A stretch of DNA of 64,000 nucleotides. It comes from Schmidtea polychroa (Eukaryota). Made by a program: the position numbers and the translations under genes. Positions within the stretch are counted from its first letter, which is position 1; the number at the start of each line of letters is the position of its first letter. Below, piece after piece: positions 14,451 to 29,400 of the stretch. The DNA lies in NCBI GenBank assembly GCA_044892525.1, contig CM097885.1, forward strand, positions 24,926,001 to 24,990,000, written 5' to 3'. The notes beneath the pieces are model-generated. The model was not told the DNA's origin. It searched no databases and saw nothing but the letters and a program-made list of their open reading frames with translations.

Positions 14451-16479
14451 ATTCCGAAAAATAAATAGTTTTAAAAAATAAAAACATAAAATACTATTGA
14501 ATCTAATCTAGAAAAATTTATTTCCAAAACAATCCAGCACCATACCTATTTAGCACATCGAATACACAATGACTGAAACATAATTGCGAAAGGTACGATA
14601 GTCTATCCAAAGGAGTAAAATCCACTGTTGGGTGTGGCATAGAGAGCAGTAGAATATCAGCATTTTGTCGATTGTCTTTTCCAGTGATCGTCGAGATATT
14701 TAGTAAATTTCCAATCGGTGTTGATGACGACGATAGAATTCCACAATGAGAGCTCACATCAGCCGAGTCTGTAATTTCCATAAACAGGCCTTCAGTGAGA
14801 ATCATGCGACATATGGAATATTTGTGAAACTAGCATATACCAAATTCATTAGATAAAGTAGCGACATTCAAGTCTGAGAGTAGAACAAACACACGAGAGT
14901 TCGCATGACAAATACACAGAGCACATGGATATGCATACATCGTAGTTACGATCGGTGACATTCATATGAGAAAGATAAGATTATTCTCACGTAAACATCC
15001 ATAGTAGTTAACTTTACCATATGCCATACCGATGGAAATTTTCATCTCTGAGAGGCCATAACGGATAAGTGTGCTAGAATAGCAGCTGACCTGAGACTAC
15101 TACACTCAAGCTGTTATTTCTCCGATATCACAGTGATAGAGATTTGCTTAGGCCAGTATCGAAATAAATTGTATAATCAGTAACCGATGTTATGAGGTAC
15201 GAAAACTCTCAAAGTGCACTTGTTGGAAAATTGCCAATTAAATATTTTGAATAATCGTAGTAATTTTAAATTAGGATTTATAGATAGTAGTGGGATGTGT
15301 CACCACTGGCACATGTCACCTCTGGCACACTACCCCCCCGGGGGGTGTAAACGAAAAAAATTTTTTCAAGGTCAAATTTTAAACAAAGACATATGACTCA
15401 TCAAGGTCATTGAAACAAAGACCATGACTCATCCTATGACTCATCAAGGTCACTGAAACACAGACCATGACTCATCAAGATCATTGGATGACTCATCAAG
15501 CTCATTGAAACAAAGACCATGACTCATTCAAGGTCATTGGATGACTCGTCAAGGTCATTGAAACAAAGACCATGACTCATTCAAGGTCAAAGGATGACCC
15601 TCAAGGTCATTGAAACAAAGACCATGACTCACTCAAGGGCATATGATGACTCATCAAGGTCATATTTTTAAGGTCAAGGTCATATTTTTAAAGGTCAAGG
15701 ACATATTTTTAAAGGTCAAGGCCATATTTTTAAAGGTCAAGGTCATATTTTTTAAGGTCAAGGTCATATTTTTTAAGGTCAAGGCCATATTTTAAGGTCA
15801 AACTTTCACCAAAGGGTATCATTCGAAAGGTATTTGAGAGGTCTATCTAATGGTTATACCTTCGAAGGTGTATGGTGGGTCCTCGGCCTTCAAAGGGTCA
15901 AAAACCTTCGAATTTTTTCAAACTTTATCATATATATATATCATTCGAAAGGTATTTGAGAGGTCTATCTAATGGCTATACCCTCAAAGGTGGGTCAATA
16001 ACCTTCAAAGGGTGTCCAAAATTAAATATTTTTAAAACCGTACAATATTTCAAAAGGACTTTTGATGGTGAGTTCGAAGGTCGAACGGTTCAAAAATTTT
16101 AAAACCTTATAATATACATATCAAACAAAAGGTATTTGAGATGTAAGTATCATGGTAACCATAAAATATTTCAAAAGGACTTTTGATGGTGAGTTCGAAA
16201 GTTGAAGGGTTCAAAAATTTTAAAACCTTATAATATACATATCAAACAAAAGGTATTTGAGATGTAAGTATCATGGTCATACTTTCAAAGGTCATATTTT
16301 ACAAGATGGCGGCTATATAATTTAATTAAAGATTGCGTGTGTGTATTTTCTTAAAATTAATATTTAATCCTTTGCTTGGATTTTATTGATCAAGGGGTCA
16401 TTTTAAAAGGTAATTCAAAGGAGAATCCGTGCGCGTGTTGTCTTAATTTGTTTTATTAAAGTAATAATATTATTATTAT

Positions 16480-16552
<73 letters not shown>

Positions 16553-16641
16553 CTATATACTCCGAGTCTATCCGACAAAATATTTTGTCCCCCTATTGGT
16601 AATGCTCACAAGGGTACTGTCACGCTCAACAACTCGCAATG

Positions 16642-16690
<49 letters not shown>

Positions 16691-16700
16691 TGTTATTATA

Positions 16701-16757
<57 letters not shown>

Positions 16758-16831
16758 TTTACTATTATTATTATCATTATTATTGGGAAAGATATTAAAA
16801 TTATTATTATTATTTTCAAAATTTTAATCAA

Positions 16832-16893
<62 letters not shown>

Positions 16894-17134
16894 TTTGGAA
16901 ATTTCTAATTATTATTTTAATTTAGAAGTTTCATTATTATTATTTACTTAAATATTTATAAAATATTTATAATTTCTACATCAATTACATGATTTTCAAC
17001 ATTTTCATCATTTGCATGATTATTTTAATAATTTTCTACATTTTCATGATTATTTCAGGATTTTTTCATCAAATATTTTTCAAAGTATTATTTTCAAATT
17101 ATTTTCAAAGTTTTTATCAATATTATTATTATTA

Positions 17135-17193
<59 letters not shown>

Positions 17194-17570
17194 TGCGAAG
17201 TTCTCATTATTTTATTTTCGATGTTTTATTATTATTTACTTAAATATTCATAAAACTTAATTTCTGCCTCAATTTACGATTTTCAATATTTGATGATTAT
17301 TTTCAGGAACATTTTCATAATTTTTAACGTTTTCATCATTTTCAATATTTTCATTATTTTCAACATTTTCATTATTTTCCATATTTTCACGATTTTCAAC
17401 ATTTTCAGGAACATTTTCATCATTTTCTATATTTTCATGATTTTTAACATTTTCATAATTTTCACGATTTTCAATATTTTCATCATTATTTTCTTCAAAA
17501 TTCTTAGTTTATTTATAAAATATCATTTTCAAAATTATTTTCAAATTTCTTATTATTTATTTTCAAAGTA

Positions 17571-17652
<82 letters not shown>

Positions 17653-18015
17653 CTATATACTCCGAGTCTATCCGACAAAATATTTTGTCCCCCTATGGGT
17701 ACTGCTCACACTCAACAGGTTGCAAGGTTACTAGTCATGCTTATTATTATTGTTATACAATATGATGTTACTTAGACATTTGAAGGTTCAACCATGGTTA
17801 CAATTTCTAAATTTTGAAAACTCTAATTTGATTGGCTATCTCAATTTTTATAAATGTAAAAACAAAAGTAATTTAGTTATTAAGAAATTTATTTATTACT
17901 GATTTCTACAAGTATGCATATGAATGTGTAAATCACAAAACACATTTGGTAACTTTATTATTTTGTCAATATTTTTTATATATGTCACTTATAGCAAGGA
18001 AGTCCTACTAGAAAT

Positions 18016-18358
18016 ATGGAAAAATTAAGTCCAACCTATTCCGAAGATAAGCGTTCATTGAAATTTTTCAACAACACAGTTGAAGATTTTATAAATAATC
18101 ATGATACTTACAGTGATAAGCAAATCATAAATATTTTAAAAATTTTCAAACATTCCTCTATTGAATATTTGATTGATTTATTTAATTATGATAAATGCAT
18201 TTTGAAGTTATTTAATGTATTTAGAAAAAACAGTGGTAAACAACGATTCACTGAATGAATACTTTTGGAGTTGCATATATTTAAGGTTGAAAACGGGATA
18301 TAGTAGATTGATTTATGAATGGATAGCAAAAGCCGACTTGATTGAAAATAAGCTAACT
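18016..18358 (+). pseudogene. Left-arm copy of an unknown ORF (MEKLSPTYSEDKRS...), frameshifted in an A-run
   Basis: Matches ORF 19947-20363; the frame is lost at AGAAAAAACAGTGG (~18225). Confidence 0.65.
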
Positions 18359-19946
18359 ATCTTTATTGAAAATATTTTATGATTTTAATTAGATTTCTAG
18401 AAATTAAATCGGTTGAATAAAGGTAAAATTTATTGAAGGAATATTGTTATCGGATGGATAAATCTTTCAATGATATTTTACTAAATTACCTTTTGCTAAA
18501 TAATAAATGACTAAACATGACAAAGTTAACCAATAAATTAGTCGCTCGAAATAAGAATTCGGTAAGTTACATTCAAATTATTCACGAATTTCTGATATCT
18601 ATGATCATCCATTTCTCACTAAATTACCTAAGAATTTTTAACTAATATGCATAGGCCTTAATTAATATACCCTTGCGACATGTTGAATGTGACCAGTACC
18701 ATTACGATAAATACACGTAGGGAGACAGAATATTTTGTCGGATAAATTCAGACTATATATAAAAACTTACAATATGCTATGGTTTTTATTGATTAATTTG
18801 TTGTATATTGCATTGATACATCAAAATGTCAGATTATATTTATAAATTAACTAAAAAATACTATATTACCTAAGAATTCAGTTATGTTTCTAGTTAAATA
18901 ATTGAAATAATTGGTATATGTATCAACTATATCAAAATATTTGTTATGAATCCTAGAATATTTTAATTAAATGGTACAGCCAAAAACCAGGGATTTCTAA
19001 CTAAATTGGTAAATTTATCTGGAAATATTTTACTTAAGAAATCGCTATATTTAAAATAACCATGTACTTTTCACTAAATTGCCTAAAAATTTGCTATATG
19101 GTATTGTTAAATAAAATAATCATAATAATAAATAATAATATTATGTCAGGGCATGAAAAAATAATATAATTGTATGACTAATAAATTTGCAATACAAGTG
19201 CATAATTAACAAAGACTTTGCAATAAATGGGCATGATTAACAAAGACACTAGAAATATTATCTTTGCATTTGGTCGAAGATGATTATGGCAGTAATATCA
19301 GAGGAGAATAAATGGAAAGAAGAAAAGCATCATTATGATTTATAATAATTGTAAATATAATTGTAAATATAATTGTATATATAATTGTAAATTTCCATAT
19401 ATACAAATAACACTATTTAAAAATTAATACAAATATTAAAACAAAATGAATTAATAATGAATATGTTTTAGTCAAAAGGTATTAGAATAAAACAATAAAT
19501 TTATAAAAACAAATTAAAAGATTTATTTACGAAACAATAATAACCAATACTACTGTAACACATAATATCAACTTTAAAATATTGATTAGGGTTTCTTCGG
19601 CTTTTCCAGCATCTTCATGGTTCTTGCGAAGATCTTTTCCCATTTTGATGAACTCGTGGGTATATTTCATTCTGAATAATCTAAAAATAATATTATAAAT
19701 ACCAAACCATCCAATATATCATCAACATTTGGTAGTTGCGCCCAATATATTTAATTACCAAGATGATTTCATATTATTCAATGTTTGAAAATTTTCTACA
19801 TTATAGTACCGTCATTATGTATGGTAATAATTCATTTGACTTTGATATTGTATTGATTTGTATTGAGAACTTACATGTATATAGTGTGATATTCATTATT
19901 CAGTGTTGAACAGGCTTGACAATTGTGAACATTCTCCTCGTGACAC

Positions 19947-20363
19947 TTAGAACAAACAATTACGTGACCACACGGTAAATACAAAACCGAAACTTTTCTT
20001 AACATCGTTCAGTTTTTCCGTTAGCTTATTTTCAATCAAATCGGCTTTTGCTATCCATTCATAAATCAATCTACTATATCCCGGTTTCAACCTTAAATAC
20101 ATGCAACTCCAAAAGTATTCATTCAGTGAATCGTTGTTTACCATTGTTTTTTTTCTAAATACATTAAATAACTTCAAAATGCATTTATCATAATTAAATA
20201 ATTCAATCATATATTCAATAGAGGAATGTTTGAAAATTTTTAAAAGATTTATGATTTCCTTATCAGTGTAAGTATCATGATTATTTATAAAATCTTCAAC
20301 TGTGTTGTTAAAAAATTTCAATGAACGCTTATCTTCGGAATAGGTTGGACTTAATTTTTCCAT
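19947..20363 (-). CDS. Unknown 138-aa protein carried by element B; may continue into the decayed core
   Basis: ATG-initiated, non-repetitive ORF with an inverted paralog that differs by conservative substitutions. Confidence 0.55.
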   Translation of the reverse strand: MEKLSPTYSEDKRSLKFFNNTVEDFINNHDTYTDKEIINLLKIFKHSSIEYMIELFNYDKCILKLFNVFRKKTMVNNDSLNEYFWSCMYLRLKPGYSRLIYEWIAKADLIENKLTEKLNDVKKSFGFVFTVWSRNCLF

Positions 20364-20732
20364 ATTTCTAGTAGGACTTCCTTGCTATAAATGACATATA
20401 TAAAAAATATTGACAAAATAATAAAGTTACCAAATGTGTTTTGTGATTTACACAATCATATGCATACTTGTAGAAATCAGTAATAAATAAATTTCTTAAT
20501 AACTAAATTACTTTTGTTTTTACATTTATAAAAATTGAGATAGCCAATCAAATTAGCGTTTTCAAAATGTAGAAATTGTAACCATGGTTGAACCTTCAAA
20601 TGTCTAAGTAACATCATATTGTATAACAATAATAATAAGCATGACTTACCCTTGCAACATGTTGAGTGTGAGCAGTACCCATAGGGGGACAAAATATTTT
20701 GTCGGATAGACTAGGAGTATATATATTAATAC

Positions 20733-20921
<189 letters not shown>

Positions 20922-21302
20922 TAATAATATACTTTGAAAATAAATAATAAGAAATTTGAAAATAATTTTGAAAATGATATTTTATAAATAAACTAAGAAT
21001 TTTGAAGAAAATAATGATGAAAATATTGAAAATCGTGAAAATTATGAAAATGTTAAAAATCATGAAAATATAGAAAATGATGAAAATGTTCCTGAAAATG
21101 TTGAAAATCGTGAAAATATGGAAAATAATGAAAATGTTGAAAATGATGAAAACGTTAAAATTATGAAAATGTTCCTGAAAATAATCATCAAATATTGAAA
21201 ATCGTAAATTGAGGCAGAAATTAAGTTTTATGAATATTTAAGTAAATAATAATAAAACATCGACAATAATAATATTAGTAATAATATTACTAATAATAAT
21301 AA

Positions 21303-21374
<72 letters not shown>

Positions 21375-21379
<5 letters not shown>

Positions 21380-22035
21380 TTTTGAAAATAATAATAATAT
21401 TTTGAAAATAATATTTTGAAAAATAATAATATTTTGAAAAATAATAATATGACCTTGAAAATAATAATATTTTGAAAAATAATAATATGTCCTTGAAAAT
21501 AATAATATTTTGAAAAATAATAATATGACCTTGAAAATGATAATATTTTGAAAAATAATAATATGACCTTGAAAATAATAATATTTTGAAAATAATAATA
21601 TGACCTTGAAAATAATAATATGACCTTGAAAATAATAATATGACCTTGAAAATAATAATATTTTGAAAATAATAATATGACCTTGAAAATAATAATATGA
21701 CCTTGAAAATAATAATATTTTGAAAATAATAATATGACCTTGAAAATAATAATATTTTGAAAATAATAATATGACCTTGAAAATAATAATATGACCTCGA
21801 AAATAATAATATTTTGAAAAATAATAATATGACCTTGAAAATAATAATATTTTGAAAATAATAATATGACCTTGAAAATAATTATATTTTGAAAAATAAT
21901 AATAAGACCTTGAAAATAATTATATTTTGAAAAATAATAATATGACCTTGAAAATAATAATATTTTGAAAAATAATAATATGACCTTGAAAATAATAATA
22001 TTTTGAAAAATAATAATATGACCTAGAAAATAATA
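21375..22035. repeat. Array of AATAATAATATGACCTTGAA / AATAATAATATTTTGAA units
   Basis: Directly visible tandem units containing TGACCTTGA. Confidence 0.9.
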
Positions 22036-22762
22036 AAATAATAATTATAATGTTATAATAATAATATTAATACCCTTGCGACATGTTGAATGTGACCAGT
22101 ACCCTTACGACAAATACATAGGGGGACAGAATATTTTGTCGGATAGACTAGGAGTATATAATAATAATAATATTGATTAAAACTTTGGAAATAATAATTT
22201 TGAAAATAACATCTTCCGCGCGGGAGGTAATATCTTTCCAAATATTAATGATAAATTAAATTATTACGTAATCGAAATTTAAAACAAAAAAAAATATTAT
22301 ATAATTAACGATTTAAATAAAATTAAATTATTACGTATTCGATAATTAAAACAAAAATAAAAATAATATATAATCAACGATTTAAACAAAATTAAATTAT
22401 TACGTATTCGATAATTAAAACAAAAAAAAATAAAAATATTATTATATAATTAACAATTTAAACAAAATTAAATTATTACGTAAACAAAAAATAAACCGCT
22501 GGAATAAAAATAGATGTCTTTGTTACTAAAAATAGAACGACCTTGGTGAGTCATCGGATCAAAAATGTTACTAAAATTATATTAAAAATGTTACTAAAAA
22601 TAGATGTCTTTGTTACTAAAAATAGAATGACCCTGGTGAGTCATCGGATCAAAAATGTTACTAAAAATAGATGTCTTTGTTACTAAAAATAGAACGACCT
22701 TGGTGACTCAGCGACTGAGTCATTGTCTTTGTTTAAATTACCTTGATAATTAAAACTTAATG

Positions 22763-22819
<57 letters not shown>

Positions 22820-23569
22820 TTAATAATAAATTTTGAAAATATCTTCGAAAATAATAATAATAATAATAAATAATAATAATAATAATACATTTGATAGTAA
22901 TAAATAATAAATCCCATGGGCGCGTAATTGTCTATGTTCTGAAAATGATGAGTTTGTTCAAAAAATAAATGAGTCATCGATGAGTACTTTTTTATTACCG
23001 TTTGTTTGATATGTATATTATAAGGTTTGAAAAATTTAAACCTTGGATCCTTGGACTCTTTTGACCTTCAAACTTGGACCATCAAACTCATCTTTGAATT
23101 ACCTTTTGTTTGATATGTATATTATAAGGTTTTAAAATTTTTGAACCTTGGACCCTTCGACCCTTGGACCTTCGAACTCTTATTATTATTAGTAACATCA
23201 CCTTTTGAATGATATATATATTATATGATTTGAAAAATATTTAATTTTGGATAGGTTATTGAAGGTTATTGACCCACCATATACCTTTGAGGATATAGCC
23301 ATTAGATAGACCTCTCAAATACTTTTTGACTGATATATATATTATAAAGTTTGAAAAAATTCGAAGGTTTTTGACCCTTTGAAGGCCGAGGACCCACCAT
23401 AGACCTTCGAGGGTATGACCATCATACTTACCTCTCAAATACCTTTCGACTGATATATATATTATAAAGTTTGAAAATATTCGAAGGTTTTTGACCCTTT
23501 GAAGGTTATTGACCAACCATACACCTTCGAGGATATGACCATTAGATAGACCTCTCAAATACCTTTCGA

Positions 23570-23617
<48 letters not shown>

Positions 23618-24829
23618 AGTTTGAAAAAATTCGAAGGTTTTTGACCCTTTGAAGGTTATTGACCAACCATACACCTTCGAGGGTATGACCATAAGATAGA
23701 CCTCTCAAATACCTTTCGAATAATACCCTTTAGTGAAGGTTTGACCTTAAAATTATGACCTTGGCCTTAAAAAATGACCTTGACCTTTAAAAATATGACC
23801 TTGACCTTTAAAATATGCCCTTGACCTCAAAAATGACCTTGACCTTCAAATATGACCTTGGCCTTTAAAAATATGACCTTGTCCTTAAAAATATGACCTT
23901 GACCTTAAAAATATGACCTTGAATGAGTCATGGTCTTTGTTTCAATGACCTTGAAGAGTCACCCAATGACCTTGATGAGTCATGGTCTTTGTTTCAATTA
24001 CCTTGATAAGTCATAGGGTGAGTCATGGTCTTTGTTTCAATGACCTTGCTGAGTCATAGGATGAGTCATGGTCTTTGTTTCAATGACCTTGATGAGTCAT
24101 ATGTCTTTGTTTAAAATTTGACCTTGAAAAAAAAATTTCGTTTACCCCCCGGAGGGTAGTGTGCCAGAGGTGACATGTGCCAGTGGTGACACATCCTACT
24201 ACTATAGATAACACTCGTAATTTGCTCAATAGGCGTTATAGATAATCATACAAAGTTTCAATTAATGGTGATCAACAATTCATCGAAATTTTGATTAAAT
24301 GTTATAACATTATTATTACTATAATATTATTTTATTATTATTATTAGATTATTATTATAATATTATTAAACATTATAAACCCTCAAACCATCAAGTATAA
24401 AATTGTCAAGTGGGGAAAAGAGGAAGAGTTTTGGGGAGGTAACTAGCGCCGATATAGTGTAATGATCGATCTAAAATGAAATCCAGTATTCGTAGAAAAA
24501 TTTTAGAGTTAGTAAATGTACTCCATTTAAAAATTCTTCCAGTTAATTCATTTGCATTCGTCAAGTCGATAGTAGTTATTATTAATTAAATTTGTGTAAA
24601 TAATGTAGAGTAGAAACGAGCTGTCGTCTGAGGGAAAATTCCCTTACCTATCTAATCAGTTCTTCTTTTTCTGTTAAACATCCAAGGTAGTAACGGAGTA
24701 GTTGCACCAAATATATGACATCTCGAACATCATATCTTAATCTCATCTTTATAGCTATGCAACATGATGCCAAATGCCAAGCCCGTTTTACGTCCTGTAC
24801 TACGCCCTTGCTTCTCCTGCTAGCACAAA

Positions 24830-25336
24830 AATGCAATTATCAAGGATCTGCAGACCCAGATCGGTCGATATAAAAGGAAGATCGACGAACTGGAAGGCAC
24901 ATGGTTCAGCCCAGTGCAAATGAAAGAGGTACAGAAGAAACTGTACCGCAGTGAGTATTGTCGGGACGCTCTAATCTCTGAGAGCCACTCACAAAGGAGC
25001 CTGATAAAAGAACAATCTGAAGCGATGCACAAAGTGTATCTGCAGGCGTCGACTACACGCAAAATAGTCAGTATTCCTATTCACGAGGCTGATAATCTCT
25101 TCCAAGCACACCACAACACCTCTTCTAAGTCGTCGTCTCCCTTCAAGAAGTCCTGCCGAGAGTGCGTAGAGACCCAGCTCTCACCGAAACAACAGAACGT
25201 CGTCTTCCTCGGAACTAGTAAAGTGCCACCTGCGATTGCCTCTACATCTGCAGCACCCCCAACTGATCCGACGACATTGAAACCAAAGCGTCGGCAATTA
25301 TCGAGAGCTGAACGCATAAAGAAGCAGCGGGAATGA
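24830..25336 (+). pseudogene. Orphan coiled-coil ORF, homologous to the ORF at ~34550-34950
   Basis: IKDLQTQIGRYKRKIDELEGTWFSPVQMKE here aligns with VESLRTSIAKFKGRCREMERTWFSPEDMKK; both end in a basic tail. Confidence 0.5.
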
Positions 25337-26216
25337 ATCACCGCCAAACAGATTAAGCAACCAATTAAAATCAACGACCCCGCGGTAGCGATAGACCTGA
25401 CATCAGGAATCACAGGACGAATTATCTCCGCTGCTGGAGTAACTTGGGAGGAAAACGCCTCCGAGTTTTTCAATTTGGATGAGTTATTGGCGGATACGGA
25501 GTGAGAGTAATGAGAACCCCACCATGGAGCGGCCTCATCGTCCGGAAGAATTGTCGAACTAAATCATTCACGTCCTTCTGTCCTTGCCTTTTTCTTATCC
25601 ACGTGGTGGGTTACAGGTACTGCAAAATCTCTACCTCCTCATGCTGTTTCCAGCGTAACCCAGAATACAATTTATAGCTGACCGAACTCAAGCTTCAATA
25701 TCACTAGCTATAAACGCTACTGAAAGTATTGAAAGATAATAAAACATTACTGTAGTAAAGCAATTTCGTATTCATTCTATTTCAAAAGACTCGAAATTAT
25801 CATAGCCAGAATTGTGGTTTGTGATATCCCTAATAAATAAGTTCAGTTTCTATTTAAAACTATTCCCAAAAATAATCTCGAATCGAACTCAAACTTCAAC
25901 ATCACAGTTTACCAACAATATTGAAGGCGCGAATTATCGTAACCAGAATTGTGTTACGTGATATCCCCAAACAAATAAGGTTTTATTTCTTTGTTATAAT
26001 AAAGTTTAAAAGATGTAACATTTTGTTATTGTTTTACGTTATATTCGTGACTTTATATTGTTCGTAATTATTATATTTTGAACATAGCACGCACCCCGAT
26101 TGTCCCGCTACAAGTTTTAACGGTGACTCTTTCGGGCTCTACAAAATCTTCATCAAAATAACAAAAATCAACATTAATTAACAATAATAACGATTGCAAA
26201 TTACAACCTCCATAAC

Positions 26217-27626
26217 AGTCGTCTCTTGGCTGGAATGTCAGAAGCTGCTGCTTCAGAAAGACAAGCATTTCTTCTTTGATTGGATTTAGTTCACTGGCAA
26301 GTTGATCATCACCGATACCACTTTCAAACGCTTGTCTGTTGATTGTTCTCCATGCTGCTGAGAATCTCTGGAACAATTTGATCTGTGGACCACTTGATGC
26401 CTTTTCAATCACTGTTTCAAAGACTTTAGCGACAATAAGTTCATGCCAATGCATGCCAAACTCAACAGCTGTTTCTTCAACTTGTTTTCCAACAAAACGC
26501 ATGCGCCAGCTTTATTTCCGGAGTTGCTTGCTGTGGTGTCAAATGACATGCCAATAATTCGATCGGTTAAATTCCAGTCCAGTAACACTTCATGCACTGC
26601 TGTAGCCTGAGCTTCACCAGTTCCACTTGATAACTTGGGAACAGCCAACAGTTTCATTACGCCATCCCCAGACACAATTATTGCAAGTCTATCCACAGTC
26701 TCTTTTCCTGTCAACTCGGGAAGCAGCTTGCCATCCCAGTGAACTGTCAATGGCGTATCGGGTGAAAAACTGTTTCGCACTTCAGCAGCAATGTCTGCAC
26801 GATGTTGCCTTCGAGCTAGTCTGGTTGACTCTTTGTTTAAAGTTAGCTCACTGGGATTGTGGCCAAGTGACTTGGCAGCGGCAGCCAAAATGTACGTGGC
26901 ATTTCTGTCACTTACTTTCGTCCGATCAAGTGCAGATGCCAGCTCTGGAGTAAGTATGTTCATTGGACGGTGACGTTTTGGCGCTGGCATAGACATACTG
27001 GGATCCGACACTGTTAGACTACTGCTGTCATCTTCACTTTCCCTGCTTCCACCCAAACTTCTTACGACTGAAGCATCGCACTGTCTCTGCTCTTCTCATA
27101 CCTTTCTTTGCTCCTCTAAAAGTTCTCGCTGCCGACGTCTTTCCTCCTGCTTCGTAAGCTTTGTGTCTACTGCACCCATGCATCCCCGCCTGCCCTTTTC
27201 TCGCTGTTTTTCCAAGAATTTCTTGTCCTCTTCAATTTTGATGAGTTTCATTGCATTTGCATGTGCAACATCGAATAAATCATCCAAACTTTCCGAAAAT
27301 GCATCCTCTTTACTCTTTTGCACTTTGGACATCCTTGCCGCATTTTTTTTAAGCGCTTGCCATTTTGCATGCAAATCCTTCAACTTGGCAACAATATTAT
27401 AGTCCTGTCGGGTTGGTATTCTGGCTTTCATCCAAAATTGTAATAGTTCTCTTGTTGTTGATACAGCACTGTCCTGAATAGTCAGCTTTTCATTCAAATG
27501 AAAGTGGAAAAATCTTGCAAGTACTTGACGATTTGATGGTAGTTTGCTGCCTGTTAGTTCACTCAATGTTCCACCAATCAACCAGATGCCTCGATCTTTG
27601 CCTTTACTTATACACACAGCTGCCAT
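26217..27626 (-). pseudogene. hAT-superfamily transposase (hATm-like), 3'-truncated
   Basis: Reads SKLPSNRQVL, FWMKARIPT, LDDLFDVAH, ALDRTKVSDR, VHWDGKLL, MSFDTTASNSG..GAC.LLE and LLSLAC/HWHEL (CxxH region). One in-frame TGA at 27096 and a frameshift near 26450. Confidence 0.8.
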
Positions 27627-28194
27627 TGAACCAAAATATCTGCAAGTATATGCACAGAAAAATATAAAACAAGCTCGCAAGTCAGTCAGTAGTCCGTAGC
27701 TCAGATCTATTATAATAAGCAACGTTATACTTGCATTGCAACAACAACAAAAAATAAGTAGCAGGACTAGACAACTAGACACTGACAGGCCCACTGGCCA
27801 ATTTGCAACAAATCAGTCTATTGCACCAATTAAATATTCATAAATTAAGTGTTATGAAACAATACACTTACCCAGAGTTAGCTTTGCATTAAATAAGAAA
27901 GTCACAAGTCACACAAAAATATATACGAGATATTGCCTGTCTGCATGTGAAATCGTTATTTGAAAATTAATATTAAATGCAGGACTAAATAGAGACGCAC
28001 TAAGACGCCGCTGATTAGTCAAAAAAAAATAAAAACAAGTCAGGTCTTGAGAGGGTTAAAATCAATTAAAATCATTAAAATAATTTGCATTAATGAATCA
28101 TATACAAATATTATTATCAATACTGAAAATGATGAACATCACTCAAAGAAGAAAAACCACTTACTGTTAGTTTTCTTGACAAAATTTTGTTCAC

Positions 28195-28899
28195 AAAATA
28201 TTGGCATAAAAGTGATGCTTGTGACTGAAACGTGTCAGTATATATACCTATTTTGTACACGTGTATGTATTGATGCATTAAAACAAACTCGAATTCTTTT
28301 TATTCCAGAATTTTCTATTTCGCGATTTTGATATTTTTAATGGCAATTTTTGTGCCATAATTTTTGTTTTTATTTCTAAATTTCAAATTTTTAATTATTT
28401 TTCATTAATTTTACGTCCATGATGGATTTGGAACGGTTCCAGAACATTCCATATTACTTTTAATTCAATTTTTATTTTAATTGATGTTTTCTGAGTTTCT
28501 TTTTAAGAATTTTTTATTTTTCTTACTAATTTATTTATTTTTCTAACTTTTACTGTTCTAGATGGCTTTTGTGATGGTCATCGCCATTTTTATGGAATGT
28601 TCTGGGTTTTTCTGGAATTCTTTACTGTTTTTACCGTCTTTTAAGTTATTCAAGTCTATTTTTAGTAACTCTATGTTTATTTGGTTATTTTTGAGTTCGA
28701 TTTTGCATAGCTTCTTGCTTTTGGTATAATTTTATTTAATTTCTATGTTTAAGTTTTTGTTGTTTTTTCCTTTAATTACTATTGTTTATTTGGTGTATTT
28801 TTAATATTTAACTATACTTTTTGCTTTTTGCATGTTATGTACCTGCACATTTCAGTCACAATTATAAGTTTGGGTCTAGAAATCAGTTCTAGCCCAACA
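28195..28899 (-). repeat. LTR-like repeat, family 1, 5' portion
   Basis: Reverse complement of TGTTGGGCTAGAACTGATTTCTAGACCCAA...GTACAAAATAGGTATATATAC, matching the copies at 37408 and 41688. Confidence 0.8.
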
Positions 28900-29099
28900 C
28901 ACGTATCACTATTTTGTATACATTGTCTGTATTTTTTGTATTTTGATGTCGAAATAAACTATTGTTTGTCCTTGCCTAATTTTCTGTTGTGAGAGTCCTA
29001 GTTAGAATTGGTAAATAGGTTTGAAAGTTTTTTTTTCGAGGTTCGAGGAATAATCGCCAGTTTGTATCTCAACTAAAGGTAGTACGGTGGTTTGATAAA

Positions 29100-29400
29100 T
29101 CTGAATAGACGTAAGCCCTTCTATCGGCAGTCAAGAAAAGGAAGTCGAGGAGTAGTCCTAAAGCAGGGGCTCACCTGCTTACTGGCGTCTCGTCGGCATA
29201 GTACATTTCCAACGTGAAGCAATTCACGGGTACTATGCTGGAGTGAAGGTTGTGCGTGGGCTCTGCTCGGGGTTAACAAAGTAACGACGGGAAAAATAAG
29301 AATGGGCACTCATCTCCTAGGCCACAAGTTGAACTAAGGGTAGTCAGCCGAGTAGTGCCCCAGCAAAATGTATAAATTAAATTTTTATAATTAGGTTTAA
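29100..29400 (-). repeat. Inverted homolog of ~36400-36690
   Basis: TAGACGTAAG..TTC.ATCGGCAGTCA...CTCACCTGCTT.CTG.CGTCTCG...CCAACGTGAAG.AATTCACGGG...TATGCTGGAG matches the reverse complement of 36537-36685. Confidence 0.75.

Noticed and set aside
14518..15230. Host gene exon(s) on the minus strand
   Set aside because: Coding-like composition, but multiple stops and no recognisable domain.
16568..17775. Poly-Ile, poly-Leu and poly-Tyr ORFs, also near 20614-21063, 43767, 51286, 52134, 60721 and 61553
   Set aside because: They are translations of (ATT)n/(AAT)n microsatellites.
23256..23708. 150-aa repetitive ORF, and the MTH/MSH-repeat ORFs at 61962-62468
   Set aside because: They are translations of ~120-bp subterminal tandem repeats and motif arrays.
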